Both the position numbers and the translations under genes were made by a program. A DNA stretch of 64,000 nucleotides, from contig CAWJSR010000028.1 of the NCBI GenBank assembly GCA_963845515.1, positions 96,001 through 160,000 of the forward strand, given 5' to 3'. Below the pieces are notes generated by a model. The model was not told the DNA's origin. It ran no database searches and worked only from the letters and a program-made list of their open reading frames with translations. This DNA is from an uncultured delta proteobacterium. GTDB lineage: Bacteria > Myxococcota > Myxococcia > Myxococcales > Anaeromyxobacteraceae. Of this stretch, positions 41,417 through 51,453 are shown piece by piece (position 1 is the first letter of the stretch; the number at the start of each line of letters is the position of its first letter).

Positions 41417-42247
41417 ATGTACACTCCCAGTCGCTTCACCCTGCTCGCCCTGCCGCTCGTCTGTCTGGTCGCGCTGTCGCCCGAGTGGGTGGACGCCCGC
41501 GCAGAGCCTGGGACGCTCGTCGAGAACGTCGAGCTGAGGACGCTCGACGGTGGCAGGGAGAAGCTCCTCTCGAACAAGGTGAAGGCGAACATCTTCGTCT
41601 TCTTCCGGCCGAACAACGATCGCTCGCTGGACGCGCTCAAGCAGATGGCCGGCTGCGAGAAGGAGCTCAGCGGGAAGCCCGTTCGCTGGGTGGCGATCGT
41701 CTCCTCCTCGGAGAACCCCGAGGAGGTGAAGCCGATGGTCGTCGAGTCGGGGATCAAGATGCCGGTGCTCATCGACGACGGCGACTTCCTCTACGACAAG
41801 CTCGGCATCCGGCTCCACCCGATGGTCGGCATCGTCGACGCCAAGTTCAAGATCATCGCGATGGAGCAGTACCGGCAGATCGAGTACTGCGACCTCATAA
41901 AGGCGAAGATCAAGGTCGTTCTCGGCGAGATGACCGAGGCGGACGTGGCCAGGATCGAGAACCCCGAGAAGGCGGCCATGCCTGGAGACGATCCGATGAA
42001 GAAGGCGCTGCGCGACGTGAACATGGCGCGCCGCCTCTTCGAGATCGGTCAGTTCCAGAAGGCGATCGAGCGGGCGCAGAAGGCGCTCACCATCGCGCCG
42101 GTCGCCAAGGGCTTCTCGCTCCAGGCCGTGTCGATGGCCAAGCTGAACAGGTGCGGCGAGGCGCTGCCGCTCGCCGACCAGGCGCTGCAGCTGGACGCCT
42201 CGGACGCCTGGGCTGCCGAGGCAAAGGCGGCCTGCGCAGGGAAGTAG
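41417..42247 (+). CDS. Paralogous secreted redoxin-fold/TPR protein lacking CxxC
   Basis: Collinear with 40488..41315 (ENVEL.TLDG, CEKE, PVL.D, RLHP, YCD, ENPEK, RC.EA, terminal C..K). Confidence 0.7.
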   Translation: MYTPSRFTLLALPLVCLVALSPEWVDARAEPGTLVENVELRTLDGGREKLLSNKVKANIFVFFRPNNDRSLDALKQMAGCEKELSGKPVRWVAIVSSSENPEEVKPMVVESGIKMPVLIDDGDFLYDKLGIRLHPMVGIVDAKFKIIAMEQYRQIEYCDLIKAKIKVVLGEMTEADVARIENPEKAAMPGDDPMKKALRDVNMARRLFEIGQFQKAIERAQKALTIAPVAKGFSLQAVSMAKLNRCGEALPLADQALQLDASDAWAAEAKAACAGK

Positions 42248-42273
42248 GCGCGGGCGCGCGCCTTGGGGAAGCA

Positions 42274-42313
42274 CCTCTCGCCCGCCCCCGCGGGGAGAGG
42301 CTGGGTGAGGGGG
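42274..42313. repeat. REP-like palindrome
   Basis: cctctcgcccgc...gcggggagaggctgggtgaggggg; same family as 25912 and 32340. Confidence 0.55.
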
Positions 42314-42464
42314 CGTCGTACCGTCGCAGAGCGAGCCATCTGGTGGGTGTGCTGCTCGCTCGTCGTGCGCCCGACCTCGGCGCGAGCCTGGCGCCCCGCA
42401 GGATCGCTGCGCCAGGCCCTCACCGGGAACGCACGCGGCGGCGGGTGGGGTATGCTTCTCCCGC

Positions 42465-42680
42465 ATGCCTTCCGTAGGTGAGACCCTTCGACGCGCGACG
42501 CTGGAAGCCGACCTCGCGCTCGGCCCCGAGGACAGGGTCCTCCTGGCGCTGCGGCTCGCCGACTCCGACGTGGAGCTGGCCGCCGCCGCCAGCGGTCGCA
42601 CTCCGGAGGAGGTGCAGGCCCAGCTGGTCCGGCAGCGCCAGGCCGGTCGGCGCCCCTCCGGCTGCGCCAGGGAGCGGTGA
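42465..42680 (+). CDS. Small protein upstream of nucleotidyltransferase (putative antitoxin/partner)
   Basis: 71 aa, L.PEDRV..AL.L; stop overlaps the NTase start. Confidence 0.65.
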   Translation: MPSVGETLRRATLEADLALGPEDRVLLALRLADSDVELAAAASGRTPEEVQAQLVRQRQAGRRPSGCARER

Positions 42681-43225
42681 TGCTCGGGCTCCTCCGGGAC
42701 ATCTCCGCCTTCCTCACGGCCCGCTCCGTTCCGCATGCGCTGGTCGGCGCCGCAGCGCTCGCCGTTCACGGCGTGAGCCGGTCCACGTTCGACGCGGACC
42801 TCTTCACGACCGACGCCACCGTCCTCTCGGCCAGCGCGTGGGGCGCGCTCCTGGAGCGCGGCGTGGGTGTCGACACTCGCGTCGGCGCCTACGACGACCC
42901 GCTCGCCGGGGTCGTTCGATTCTCGCTGCTCGGCCAGCGGAGCGTCGATCTCGTCGTGGGGCGACACGCCGCCTGGCAGAAGGGCGTGCTGGCGCGCGCG
43001 GTGCCGTTCCGGTTCGGTGAGGTGGAGCTCTCCGTGGCCACGCCGGCCGACCTCGTGCTCCTCAAGCTCTTCGCCGGCGGCTCCCAGGACGCATGGGACA
43101 TCGAGCAGCTGCTCGGCGTCGTGGGGCGGGACTCGGTGGCGTCGCTGGTGGAGGCCACCCTGCCGCGCCTGCCTCCCGAGGCCGCCGCCCTCTGGGCCCG
43201 GATCTCGGGGCGATCCCTGGGCTGA
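42677..43225 (+). CDS. Minimal DNA pol-beta-fold nucleotidyltransferase (DUF6036/AbiEii-like)
   Basis: LVGAAALAVHG..RST.D.DL, VDL, P.DLVLLKL.AG..QD..DI. Confidence 0.75.
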   Translation: MMLGLLRDISAFLTARSVPHALVGAAALAVHGVSRSTFDADLFTTDATVLSASAWGALLERGVGVDTRVGAYDDPLAGVVRFSLLGQRSVDLVVGRHAAWQKGVLARAVPFRFGEVELSVATPADLVLLKLFAGGSQDAWDIEQLLGVVGRDSVASLVEATLPRLPPEAAALWARISGRSLG

Positions 43226-43245
43226 TCTCGACTCGGCGGTCGTCG

Positions 43246-43434
43246 TCAGATCTCCCCCGCCCGCATCCGCTGCCACGCCTCGCGCCGATCGGGAGGCAGG
43301 AAGTCACCGGTGAGTCGCCAGGCGTCGTGGAGCCATCGCAACTTCTGCTCGGGGGAGAGCGCTGCGTAGGCCCGCAGCTCGTCGTCGGAGTGTTGGTGCG
43401 CGAAGCCGCGCGCCGGGCGATCACCGGTGGCCAT
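43246..43434 (-). CDS. Small protein downstream of the second NTase
   Basis: 62 aa, LSPEQKLRWL; overlaps the NTase stop. Confidence 0.6.
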   Translation of the reverse strand: MATGDRPARGFAHQHSDDELRAYAALSPEQKLRWLHDAWRLTGDFLPPDRREAWQRMRAGEI

Positions 43435-43931
43435 GCAGGACCTCCTTGACCCGGCGGAGCGCGTCGATGTCGGAGGCGTCCTGGCTCCGACCCGTGCCGG
43501 CCTTCATCCGGATGAGGACGTCGATGCTCGCCACCGCCGAAAGTGATCGCTCCGGCCGCCATCCGGTCGGCCGTGCGCTCCATCTCCTCGAAGGGGACGG
43601 GGGAGTCGAGGACGACGTCCACCTCGCGCAGGGGGTCCGCAGGATCGACGAAGGTGAAGGCTCGCAGGTTGCGGTCGGCGATCCACCCGCGGACCACGGC
43701 CGGGTCTGAGAGCTCCTCGTCACGCACTGGGAGCCGATTGTGGAGGCCCAGCCCGTGAAGAACGCGTGCGGCCGTGGCGAGCGCGCCGCCCTCGAGCGCG
43801 ACTGCGATGTCGAGATCGGAGGTGAACCGCGGGACGCCCTGGAGGTTCACAGCGACGCCACCGACCACGACGTAGCGCACGCCGGAGTCGGCCAGGGCGG
43901 CGAACACGTCGTGATAGAAGAGGCCGGCCAC
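43421..43931 (-). CDS. Second minimal nucleotidyltransferase (frameshift at about 43540)
   Basis: YVVVGGVAVNLQG.PRFT.DLDI, EVDV, SI..LI.MK...GR.QD..DI. Confidence 0.75.
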
Positions 43932-43982
43932 GCCCCGAGCATAGCAGGCGGTGCGGTCGCGCACCCCTGGCTGGCGCGCCCG

Positions 43983-44930
43983 CTAGGCCTTCAGCGCCGC
44001 CCCGTCGAGCAGCCGCTCGCAGAGATCGGGGAACGGGATGCCGTTGCCCGCGGCGATCTTCGGGACGAGCGACGTCGCCGTCATGCCCGGGAGCGTGTTG
44101 ACCTCCAGGATGTAGGCCGTGCCGTCGTCGACGAGGATGAAGTCGGTCCTGGTGACGCCGGCGCAGCCGAGCGCGCGGTGCGCCTTCTCGCCGGACGCGA
44201 GCAGCAGCTTCGTGGCCTCGTCCGGGATGCGGGCCGGGTAGAAGTACTGGGTCGTCCCCGCCGTGTACTTCGCGGCGTAGTCGTAGAAGGCGTTGGCCGG
44301 GACCACCTCGATCACGCCGAGCGCCTTCCCGTCGAGGACGGCGACCTGGCACTCCTTCCCCTTCACGTACCGCTCCAGGATCACGTCCCCCTTCCAGCGC
44401 GCGGCCTCCTTGCAGGCGGCGGCCAGCTCGGTCTCCTGCCTGACCAGTGAGACGCCGACCGACGAGCCCTCGGCGGCCGGCTTCACGATGCACGGGAGGC
44501 CGAAGGGCAGGTCGGCCGCGCGGATCTTCTCGGCGTCGGCCGTCGGGAAGATCCGGTAGTCGCAGACGTCGAGGCCGACCGACCGGAAGAGGAGCTTCGA
44601 GAGGACCTTGTCCATCCCGATCGCCGACGCGGTCACGCCGGAGCCGGTGTACGGGATCCCCATCGCCTCGAGGAGCCCCTGCACGCAGCCGTCCTCCCCG
44701 AACCGCCCGTGGAGGGCGTTGAAGGCGACCGCGATCCGCTCGGCGCGCAGCCGGGCGGCCACGTCGTGGTCCACGTCGACGAGGACCGCGTCGTAACCCT
44801 TCTCCTGGAGCGCCTTCGCGATGGCGGCGCCCGTCTTCAGCGAGACGTCCCGCTCGGACGACTGCCCTCCGTACAGCACCGCCACCCGCTTCCCCGTCCA
44901 CTTGCCCATTCGTCCGTCCTCCATGCCCAA
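43983..44930 (-). CDS. ddl: D-alanine--D-alanine ligase
   Basis: GG.SSER.VSL, LHGRFGEDG, MDK, KP..EGSSVG, YDY.AKY, LEVNTLPGMT. Confidence 0.96.
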   Translation of the reverse strand: MGMEDGRMGKWTGKRVAVLYGGQSSERDVSLKTGAAIAKALQEKGYDAVLVDVDHDVAARLRAERIAVAFNALHGRFGEDGCVQGLLEAMGIPYTGSGVTASAIGMDKVLSKLLFRSVGLDVCDYRIFPTADAEKIRAADLPFGLPCIVKPAAEGSSVGVSLVRQETELAAACKEAARWKGDVILERYVKGKECQVAVLDGKALGVIEVVPANAFYDYAAKYTAGTTQYFYPARIPDEATKLLLASGEKAHRALGCAGVTRTDFILVDDGTAYILEVNTLPGMTATSLVPKIAAGNGIPFPDLCERLLDGAALKA

Positions 44931-44932
44931 TG

Positions 44933-45865
44933 CTAGTCCAGCTTCTCGTCGTCGGCGAAGTCGCCGACGAGCCGCACCTCGGTCTCCAGCGCCACGCCGA
45001 AGCGCTCGCGGACGCGGTCGCGCATCCGTCGCATGAGCAGCAGGACGTCACGCGCCGTGGCCCCACCGACGTTCACGACGAAGTTGGCGTGGCGCGTCGA
45101 GATCTCGGCGCCGCCGAGCCGCTCCCCCTTGAGCCCGGCCGCCTCGACGAGCCTCCCGGCAAAGTCGCCCGGCGGGTTCCGGAAGGTCGAGCCGAAGCTC
45201 GGCAGGTCGAGCGGCTGCGCGCGCTCGCGACGCTCCCACTCGGCCTCCATGGCGCGCGCCGCCTCGACGACGTCGCCCTGGTGCAGGAGCAGCCCGACGC
45301 GCGCGACGACGCCGCCCTCCGGCAGCCTGCAGGTCCGGTAGGCGAAGCCGAGCTCGCCGGCCGGCAGCTCGCGCGCCCCGGCGGCGGTAGCCAGCTCGAC
45401 GTGCGTGACGACGTCCTTCATCTCGCCCGACGGCGTGCCGGCGTTCATCGCCAGCGCGCCGCCGAGGGTTCCCGGGATGCCGCGGAGGAACTCGCAGCCG
45501 ACGAGCCCGAGGGCGTGCGCCCGCTGGACCGCGCGCGCAGTGGGCATTCCAGCCGGAAGGACGAGGCGCGGCGGCGCCAGCGTCTCCCCGCCGAGGTCGC
45601 GCGGGAGGCGGAGCACCACGCCGCGGACGCCCCGGTCGGCGACGAGCGTGTTGGCGCCGCCACCCAGGACGTGGACCGGGACGCCGAGCTCGCGCGCCGC
45701 GCGCAGGCAGGCGACCAGGTCGCCGGGATCGGCGGGGCGCACGAGCAGGTCGGCTGGGCCGCCGATGCGGATCGAGGTGCGAGCCGCGAGCGGAGCGTCC
45801 CGGACCACCTCGCCACGGATCCGGGCGGACAGCACGTCTCGCCAGTCGGGCGCGGCCCCGGGCAC
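44933..45865 (-). CDS. murB: UDP-N-acetylmuramate dehydrogenase
   Basis: IGGPAD, GGGAN.L, GIPGT.GGA..MNAG, YR, QP...PSFGS.FRNP, HANF. Confidence 0.95.
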   Translation of the reverse strand: MPGAAPDWRDVLSARIRGEVVRDAPLAARTSIRIGGPADLLVRPADPGDLVACLRAARELGVPVHVLGGGANTLVADRGVRGVVLRLPRDLGGETLAPPRLVLPAGMPTARAVQRAHALGLVGCEFLRGIPGTLGGALAMNAGTPSGEMKDVVTHVELATAAGARELPAGELGFAYRTCRLPEGGVVARVGLLLHQGDVVEAARAMEAEWERRERAQPLDLPSFGSTFRNPPGDFAGRLVEAAGLKGERLGGAEISTRHANFVVNVGGATARDVLLLMRRMRDRVRERFGVALETEVRLVGDFADDEKLD

Positions 45866-47242
45866 TCAGCCCTCCAACAGCTTCAGCAGCTCTGGGCCGA
45901 CGTTGGTGATGTCGCCGGCGCCCAGCGTGATGACGATGTCTCCGGGCTTCACGATCGCCAGCGCGCGGCTCGCCAGCTCCGCGCGCGGGACGTACGAGGC
46001 GTCCCGGTGGCCGCGCGCCCGGATCGCCTCGACCAGCGCCTCCGGGGTGACGCCCGGGATCGGCTCTTCGCTGGCCGCGTAGATGTCGGAGAGCAAGAGG
46101 ACGTCGGCGTCGTTGAAGGCGGTGGTGAAGTCCTGGAAGAGGTCGCGCGTGCGGGTGAAGCGGTGTGGCTGGAAGACGCAGACGACGCGCCGGTTGAAGG
46201 CCTCGCGAGCGCCGAGGAGCGTCGCCTTCACCTCGGCCGGGTGGTGACCGTAGTCGTCGACGACCGTGACCCCCTTCCTCTCCCCCTTGACGGTGAAGCG
46301 GCGCTGCACGCCGCCGAAGCTCGCGAGCGCCTCGCGGGCGACCATCATCGGGATCCCCATCTCGTCGGCGAGCGCCACGACGGCCAGGGCGTTGAGCGCG
46401 TTGTGGCGCCCGACCATGTGGACCTCGAAGCGGCCGAGTGGCTCCTCGCGGCGGTACGCGTCGAACCGGACCGCGTGGCCCGAGACCTCGATCCTGTCTG
46501 CGCGGTAGTCGGCCTGGTGGCTCTCGCCGTACGTGACGAACCGCTTCTCGAGGTCGGGGATGAGCGACTGGACGATAGGGTGGTCGATGCAGAGGATCGA
46601 GATCCCATAGAACGGGACGCGGTTCACGAAGTCGACGAAGCCCTGGCGCAGCGCCTCCGGCGTCTTCCAGTAGTCCAGGTGCTCGGGGTCGATGTTGGTG
46701 ACGACCGCCAGCGTCGGCGGGATGCGGAGGAACGAGCCGTCCGACTCGTCCGCCTCGACCACCATGTAGTCGCCCCTGCCGAGCTTGGCGTTGGAGCCGA
46801 AGGTGTTGACCTTTCCCCCGACGACGGCGGTCGGATCCATGCCCGCGTGGGCGAGCAGGTGGGCGGCGAGCGACGTCGTGGTGGTCTTGCCGTGCGAGCC
46901 GGCGATGGCGACGCCGTACTTGAGCCGCATCAGCTCGGCGAGCATCTCGGCGCGCTGGATGACCGGGATCTTCCTGGCGCGCGCGGCCACCACCTCAGGG
47001 TTGTCCTTTCGGACCGCCGTGGAGGTCACGACGACGTCGGCCTCCGTGAGGTTCTCCGCCGCGTGGCCGACGAAGACGCGGCCGCCGAGCGAGGTGAGCC
47101 GGCGCGTGGTCTCCGACTCCCTGAGGTCGGAGCCCGAGACGGCGTAGCCGAGGTTGAGCAGCACCTCGGCGATGCCGCTCATGCCGATGCCGCCGATGCC
47201 GACGAAGTGGATCTGGGCGGGACGTGAACGGAACAGGCTCAT
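45866..47242 (-). CDS. murC: UDP-N-acetylmuramate--L-alanine ligase
   Basis: [39 protein letters not shown]. Confidence 0.97.
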   Translation of the reverse strand: MSLFRSRPAQIHFVGIGGIGMSGIAEVLLNLGYAVSGSDLRESETTRRLTSLGGRVFVGHAAENLTEADVVVTSTAVRKDNPEVVAARARKIPVIQRAEMLAELMRLKYGVAIAGSHGKTTTTSLAAHLLAHAGMDPTAVVGGKVNTFGSNAKLGRGDYMVVEADESDGSFLRIPPTLAVVTNIDPEHLDYWKTPEALRQGFVDFVNRVPFYGISILCIDHPIVQSLIPDLEKRFVTYGESHQADYRADRIEVSGHAVRFDAYRREEPLGRFEVHMVGRHNALNALAVVALADEMGIPMMVAREALASFGGVQRRFTVKGERKGVTVVDDYGHHPAEVKATLLGAREAFNRRVVCVFQPHRFTRTRDLFQDFTTAFNDADVLLLSDIYAASEEPIPGVTPEALVEAIRARGHRDASYVPRAELASRALAIVKPGDIVITLGAGDITNVGPELLKLLEG

Positions 47243-47323
47243 GGGGGCGCATTATGCCCTCTCCCCGGCCTTCTGCTGCGCATCATCGCCGCGCCCCCGG
47301 CCACCGGGAGGGGGGCGGCACGT

Positions 47324-48013
47324 TCACGCCTCGCTGATCCGGCCGTCCCGCATCTCGATCGTCCGGCCGGCCTTCCGCGCGAGCTCCGGGTTGTGGGTCA
47401 CCATGACGATGGTCAGGCCGGCGCGCAGGTTCAGCTCCTCGAGGACCAGGCCGATCTCGACGGACCGCTGCGTGTCGAGGTTCCCGGTCGGCTCGTCGGC
47501 GAGGAGGATCTCCGGCCGGTTGACCAGCGCCCGGGCGATCGCCACCCGCTGCATCTCTCCGCCCGAGATCTGTCCGGGCAGGTGGTCCTTCCGGCCGTCG
47601 ATCCCGAGGAGGCGAAGGAGCGCGAGCGCGTCGTCCTTCGTGCCGGGCTTCCGGTAGAAGGTGAGCGGCAGCAGGACGTTCTCGATCACGGTCAGGGTGG
47701 GGATCAGGTAGAAGTTCTGGAAGATGTACCCGAAGGTCTCCCGCCTGATCCTCGTGAGCTCGCTCTCCGACAGGCGCCTCCCGCCGCCGAAGATGGGGCG
47801 GTCTCCCACGGAGAGCGTCCCCGACGTCGGGTTGTCGAGGCAGCCCAGGAGGTTCATCAGCGTGGTCTTGCCCGATCCCGAGGGGCCGATGAACGAGACG
47901 AAGTCGCCCTCGTCGATCCGGAGGAAGACGTCGTTGACGGACGGGATCTCTTCCGCGCCACGGGTGTAGACCCTGGTGAGGTTCCTCGCCTCGATCGCCA
48001 CCGCGCGGCTCAT
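47324..48013 (-). CDS. ABC transporter ATP-binding protein (LolD/MacB-like)
   Basis: GPSGSGKT, ISGGEMQR, LADEPTGNLD. Confidence 0.9.
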   Translation of the reverse strand: MSRAVAIEARNLTRVYTRGAEEIPSVNDVFLRIDEGDFVSFIGPSGSGKTTLMNLLGCLDNPTSGTLSVGDRPIFGGGRRLSESELTRIRRETFGYIFQNFYLIPTLTVIENVLLPLTFYRKPGTKDDALALLRLLGIDGRKDHLPGQISGGEMQRVAIARALVNRPEILLADEPTGNLDTQRSVEIGLVLEELNLRAGLTIVMVTHNPELARKAGRTIEMRDGRISEA

Positions 48014-49202
48014 CGCCCGGCGTCCCTCCGGATCGCCTCGAGCGGCCGGATGCGGCCGGCCTTCCAGGCGGGATAGACGCCGCTGAGGAGGCCGATGGCC
48101 ACGATGCCCGCGAGCGTCAGCAGGACGAGTCGCGCGTCGATCAGGACCAGGCCTCCGTCCGGCGCGTAGGGGAGCACGCGCCGGATGGCCACGTCGGTGA
48201 TCCGCGAGAGGAGCAGCGCCAGGAAGATCCCGAGGGCCCCGCCCACCGAGCAGAGGAGCAGGGTCTCGATCCAGATGAGCTTGAAGATGTCCCACGGCAT
48301 GGCGCCGATCGTCTTCAGGATGCCGATCTCCTGGAAGCGCTCCCAGACCGACATGAGGATCGTGTTGATCACCCCGACCATCGCGATCAGGACCGCGATG
48401 ATGGCGATCGAGAGCACCATGACCTTCGCGGTGGAGACGAGCCTCATGATCGTCTCCTTGACCTGGGCGATGCTGACGACCTGGACGTCGGGGAGCCGGT
48501 AGAGCCGCTCCTCGAGGCGGACGCCATCCGCCTCCTTCTTCAGCTTGATGCCGATCGTGGTGATGTCCCGGGCGTGCCGAAGATCTTCTGGAGGGTCCTG
48601 ATGGGGAGGAAGATCGTCCCGTCGTCCTGGGTGCCGGTCCGCTCGAGGATGCCGACGACCTTGAGCTCGACGTTCTTCTCGGGGATGAGGGTCAGGTCCC
48701 CGACCTCCCGCTGCTCGAGCTCCGCGGCCTCGTAGCCCATGACCACCTCGAGCCTTCGGGATCGCGTGAACCACCCTCCCTGCCTGAACTTGAGGAAGGA
48801 CTTCATCTCGGCGAAGGTCGCGGCGTCGACGCCGAAGTAGGCGGCGATCCCGCCGCTCTCCCCCTTGTTCGGGTCGAAGACGGCCTGCATGAGGATGGGG
48901 GTGACCTTCTCCACCTCCGGTTCCCTGGCGATCTCCTCCAGGATGGACTCCTTCATGTAGCGGAGACCGGTGCCCCCCTTGAGCATCATCGTGGCGGCCT
49001 CGTAGGGGCATCCCTTGGCCGTGACCATGATCTGGAAGCCCATGTTGTCGATGTCCTGGTTCAGCGAGCGCTCGTAGCCCTGGTTGAAGCCGAGCAGGCT
49101 GACCAGGACCCAGGAGGAGAGCGCGATGCCGATGAGGGTCAGGAGGCTCCGGACCTTCTTCCGGAGCAGGTTCTTGTAGGCGACCTGGAGCTTCGTGATC
49201 AT
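48010..49202 (-). CDS. MacB/FtsX-family ABC permease (frameshift at about 48570)
   Basis: KNLLRKK.RS.LT..GI, periplasmic domain, NTILMSV.ER..EIG.LK..GA, YPA.KA....P.EA. Confidence 0.85.
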
Positions 49203-49867
49203 GGCCTCGCCCCCGCCGGCGCCGGGCCTGCGCGGAGAAGACGAACTCGTCCATGAGGATGAGGTTCTTCTTCGTGGCCCGCAGGGCGGCCCGGAAGTCG
49301 TCCTCGGCCTCCGGGGCCGGATTCGCGATCGCCGCGACCCTCCCCTGCGCCTTGCCCGTGGAGACGTCGTACCGCTCGAAGTCCGCGAGGGTCAGCCCGA
49401 CGAACTGCCTGCCGAAGCTCGGGATCCCGCAGCTTCGCGGCGTGCTGGCTGGTCATCTTCTGGATGTAGAAGCCTCGGATGGTCCCGTCGAGGGTCCAGC
49501 GACCACGAAGACCTGGATCCCGCCGTACTGGCCCTTCTGGTTGACGCCGTGGATGTAGCCGACCTTCTCCTTGCCCGGAAGATCTCGTAGATCGTGTAGG
49601 GGACGTCGATGGTCTCGTAGATCCCCTGGAACCTGTCCCCGAGCCGTCGCTCGACCGCGCGCAGCAGCGGCGCGCCGCCCTGCTTCGGCGATGGAGATGT
49701 AGATGCGTCTTGTACCCGGTGGACCCGGGGAAGAGGCGCGCGACGTCCCGGTCGGGATCGTTCAGGTCGCAGCCCACGGCCGCCCGCGCCGGCCCGGCCG
49801 CGCCGAAGAGGACGAGGAAGGAGACGGCAGCGCCCGCCGGGCAGCGCCAGGACGTCTCACGGCTCAC
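49199..49867 (-). CDS. Secreted FMN-binding-domain-like protein without an SGAT motif (several frameshifts)
   Basis: Signal peptide; reconstructed GYIHGVNQKGQYGGIQVFV..D.DG.I..FYIQ...F..QF.G resembles the RnfG/NqrC fold. Confidence 0.55.
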   Translation of the reverse strand: MSRETSWRCPAGAAVSFLVLFGAAGPARAAVGCDLNDPDRDVARLFPGSTGYKTHLHLHRRSRAARRCCARSSDGSGTGSRGSTRPSTSPTRSTRSSGQGEGRLHPRRQPEGPVRRDPGLRGRWTLDGTIRGFYIQKMTSQHAAKLRDPELRQAVRRADPRGLRAVRRLHGQGAGEGRGDRESGPGGRGRLPGRPAGHEEEPHPHGRVRLLRAGPAPAGARP

Positions 49868-49887
49868 GCCGGATGATGCATGCGTGC

Positions 49888-50909
49888 TCAGATGCGGCAG
49901 GTAGATAGTAGAGCTGGAGGACGACGCGGTGGTCGTCCTCGGTCGATGGTTGTAGGAGTAGAGCGAGGCGCAGGGTCAGGTCCGACGTGGCGAGGACGGA
50001 GAGGCAGACGGCCGCCTGCGAAGTCCTCCTCCTCGCCGGACCGCCAGTAGGTCGGCTGGGCCTCGATCTTCAGCCGCCCCTCCGGGTCGAGGTTGACGCC
50101 GAACCGGTAGAAGACGGCGAGGTGTCCTCGTCCGAGCCACCTCCCGGCGTCGAGGTCGAGCCGGTGCTCGAGGTTGTCCCGGAGCACGGTCAGGTCGACG
50201 CCGGCGAGCATCATCCGGCGAGGCTCCGGATCCCGGACCGCGTAGCCCATGGTGTCGAGGGTCCTGCCGGAGCCGAGCGGAGAACCCGACGTGAAGTTGT
50301 CCCGGTTCAGGACGCCGTAGGCCGACCCGCGCGGCCAGCCATGTAGTTGCCGCTCGAAGCGGACGCGGGCATGCCCGTGCCGGTGGTGACGCTGGCCGCC
50401 AGGTCCCCCCACGAGAAGTCCCGGTAGAGCCCCGCGCCCCAGTCGCGGTCGAAGCCGAACCCCTGCATGGCGAGGGTCCGCAGGAGGAGGCCGTGGCTGT
50501 CGAAATAGGAGGAGAGGCCGAACGCAGGCCGGTTATGACCGACCCACGCGTAGCCCAGCGGGGTCTTTGCCTTCAGGTACGCGTTGTAGACCTGCGGCTC
50601 CAGGGTGTACGTCGGCCGGTACTCGCGGCTCCCGTAGTCGATGCCGGCGGGGCGGTCCTCCGTGAGCGCCAGCCGCCCCTGGAGGGCGAAGGTGGCCACG
50701 TCACCCCGCTCGCCGGAGAGCCGCTGCAGGTAGTCGAAGCCGACCGAGGTCTTCTGCATCTCGGCGTCCGGGTTCTGGGAGAAGAGGATCAGCCTGGCGA
50801 CCTCGGAGGAGTAGCCGGCGACCTGCTGCGCCTCGACGTAGAGGAGGTGGTCGGCGTGCGCCATCCCGGCGGCGAGAGCAGCGATGCACGCGGCGATCAC
50901 CCTAGACAT
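49888..50909 (-). CDS. Secreted beta-strand-rich protein, possibly an outer-membrane porin (frameshifted)
   Basis: Signal peptide; YNAYLK....GY.WVGH.RPAFGL, DRDWG.G pattern resembling phosphate-porin-like barrels. Confidence 0.5.
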
Positions 50910-51346
50910 CGAACGTGTACCCACCCCTGAAGATCACCGCTTCGCCCCGGCTGACGGTGAAGCGCACCTCCCACTCGCCGGGCATGACGATCGGGATCGG
51001 CAGGAGGTAGACCCCCTTGCGCGAGAGCTGGAAGGCGCGCTCCCCCATCTCGTGGGCGCCCCTCATGGAGGGCATGCCCGCGTCGGCCTTCACTCGCAGC
51101 GAGGTATCCCTGTATCCCCTCCCGGCTGAAGATCTCGACCCTCATGATCGCCGTGCCCAGCTTCGGCGCGTTGTCGAAGCCGTAGACCAGGTAGTGGCCG
51201 TCTCCGATCGGGACCTTCTCTCCGGGCGCAGGCATCGGCGGATAGTCCGCGCCCCGAGTGGGAATGAGCGGAAGGGACACGGTGGCCGCCACAAGGACGA
51301 AGACCAGAGATCGCGAAAGGCCGTGCGATCGACAGGACGTGCGCAT
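50902..51346 (-). CDS. YtkA/FixH-like periplasmic protein (frameshift at about 51110)
   Basis: Signal peptide; MPSMRGAHEM, GVY..P....MPGEWEV. Confidence 0.65.
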
Positions 51347-51453
51347 GGGGGACTCCCCTCGTCCCAGACCGTAGACACGCCTCCCCCCTGCCGCTCGCGC
51401 GGGGGAGGGTGATTCGACGGCCAAGAGGGGTGCCGCCCCAGCGGGAGCGCGCG

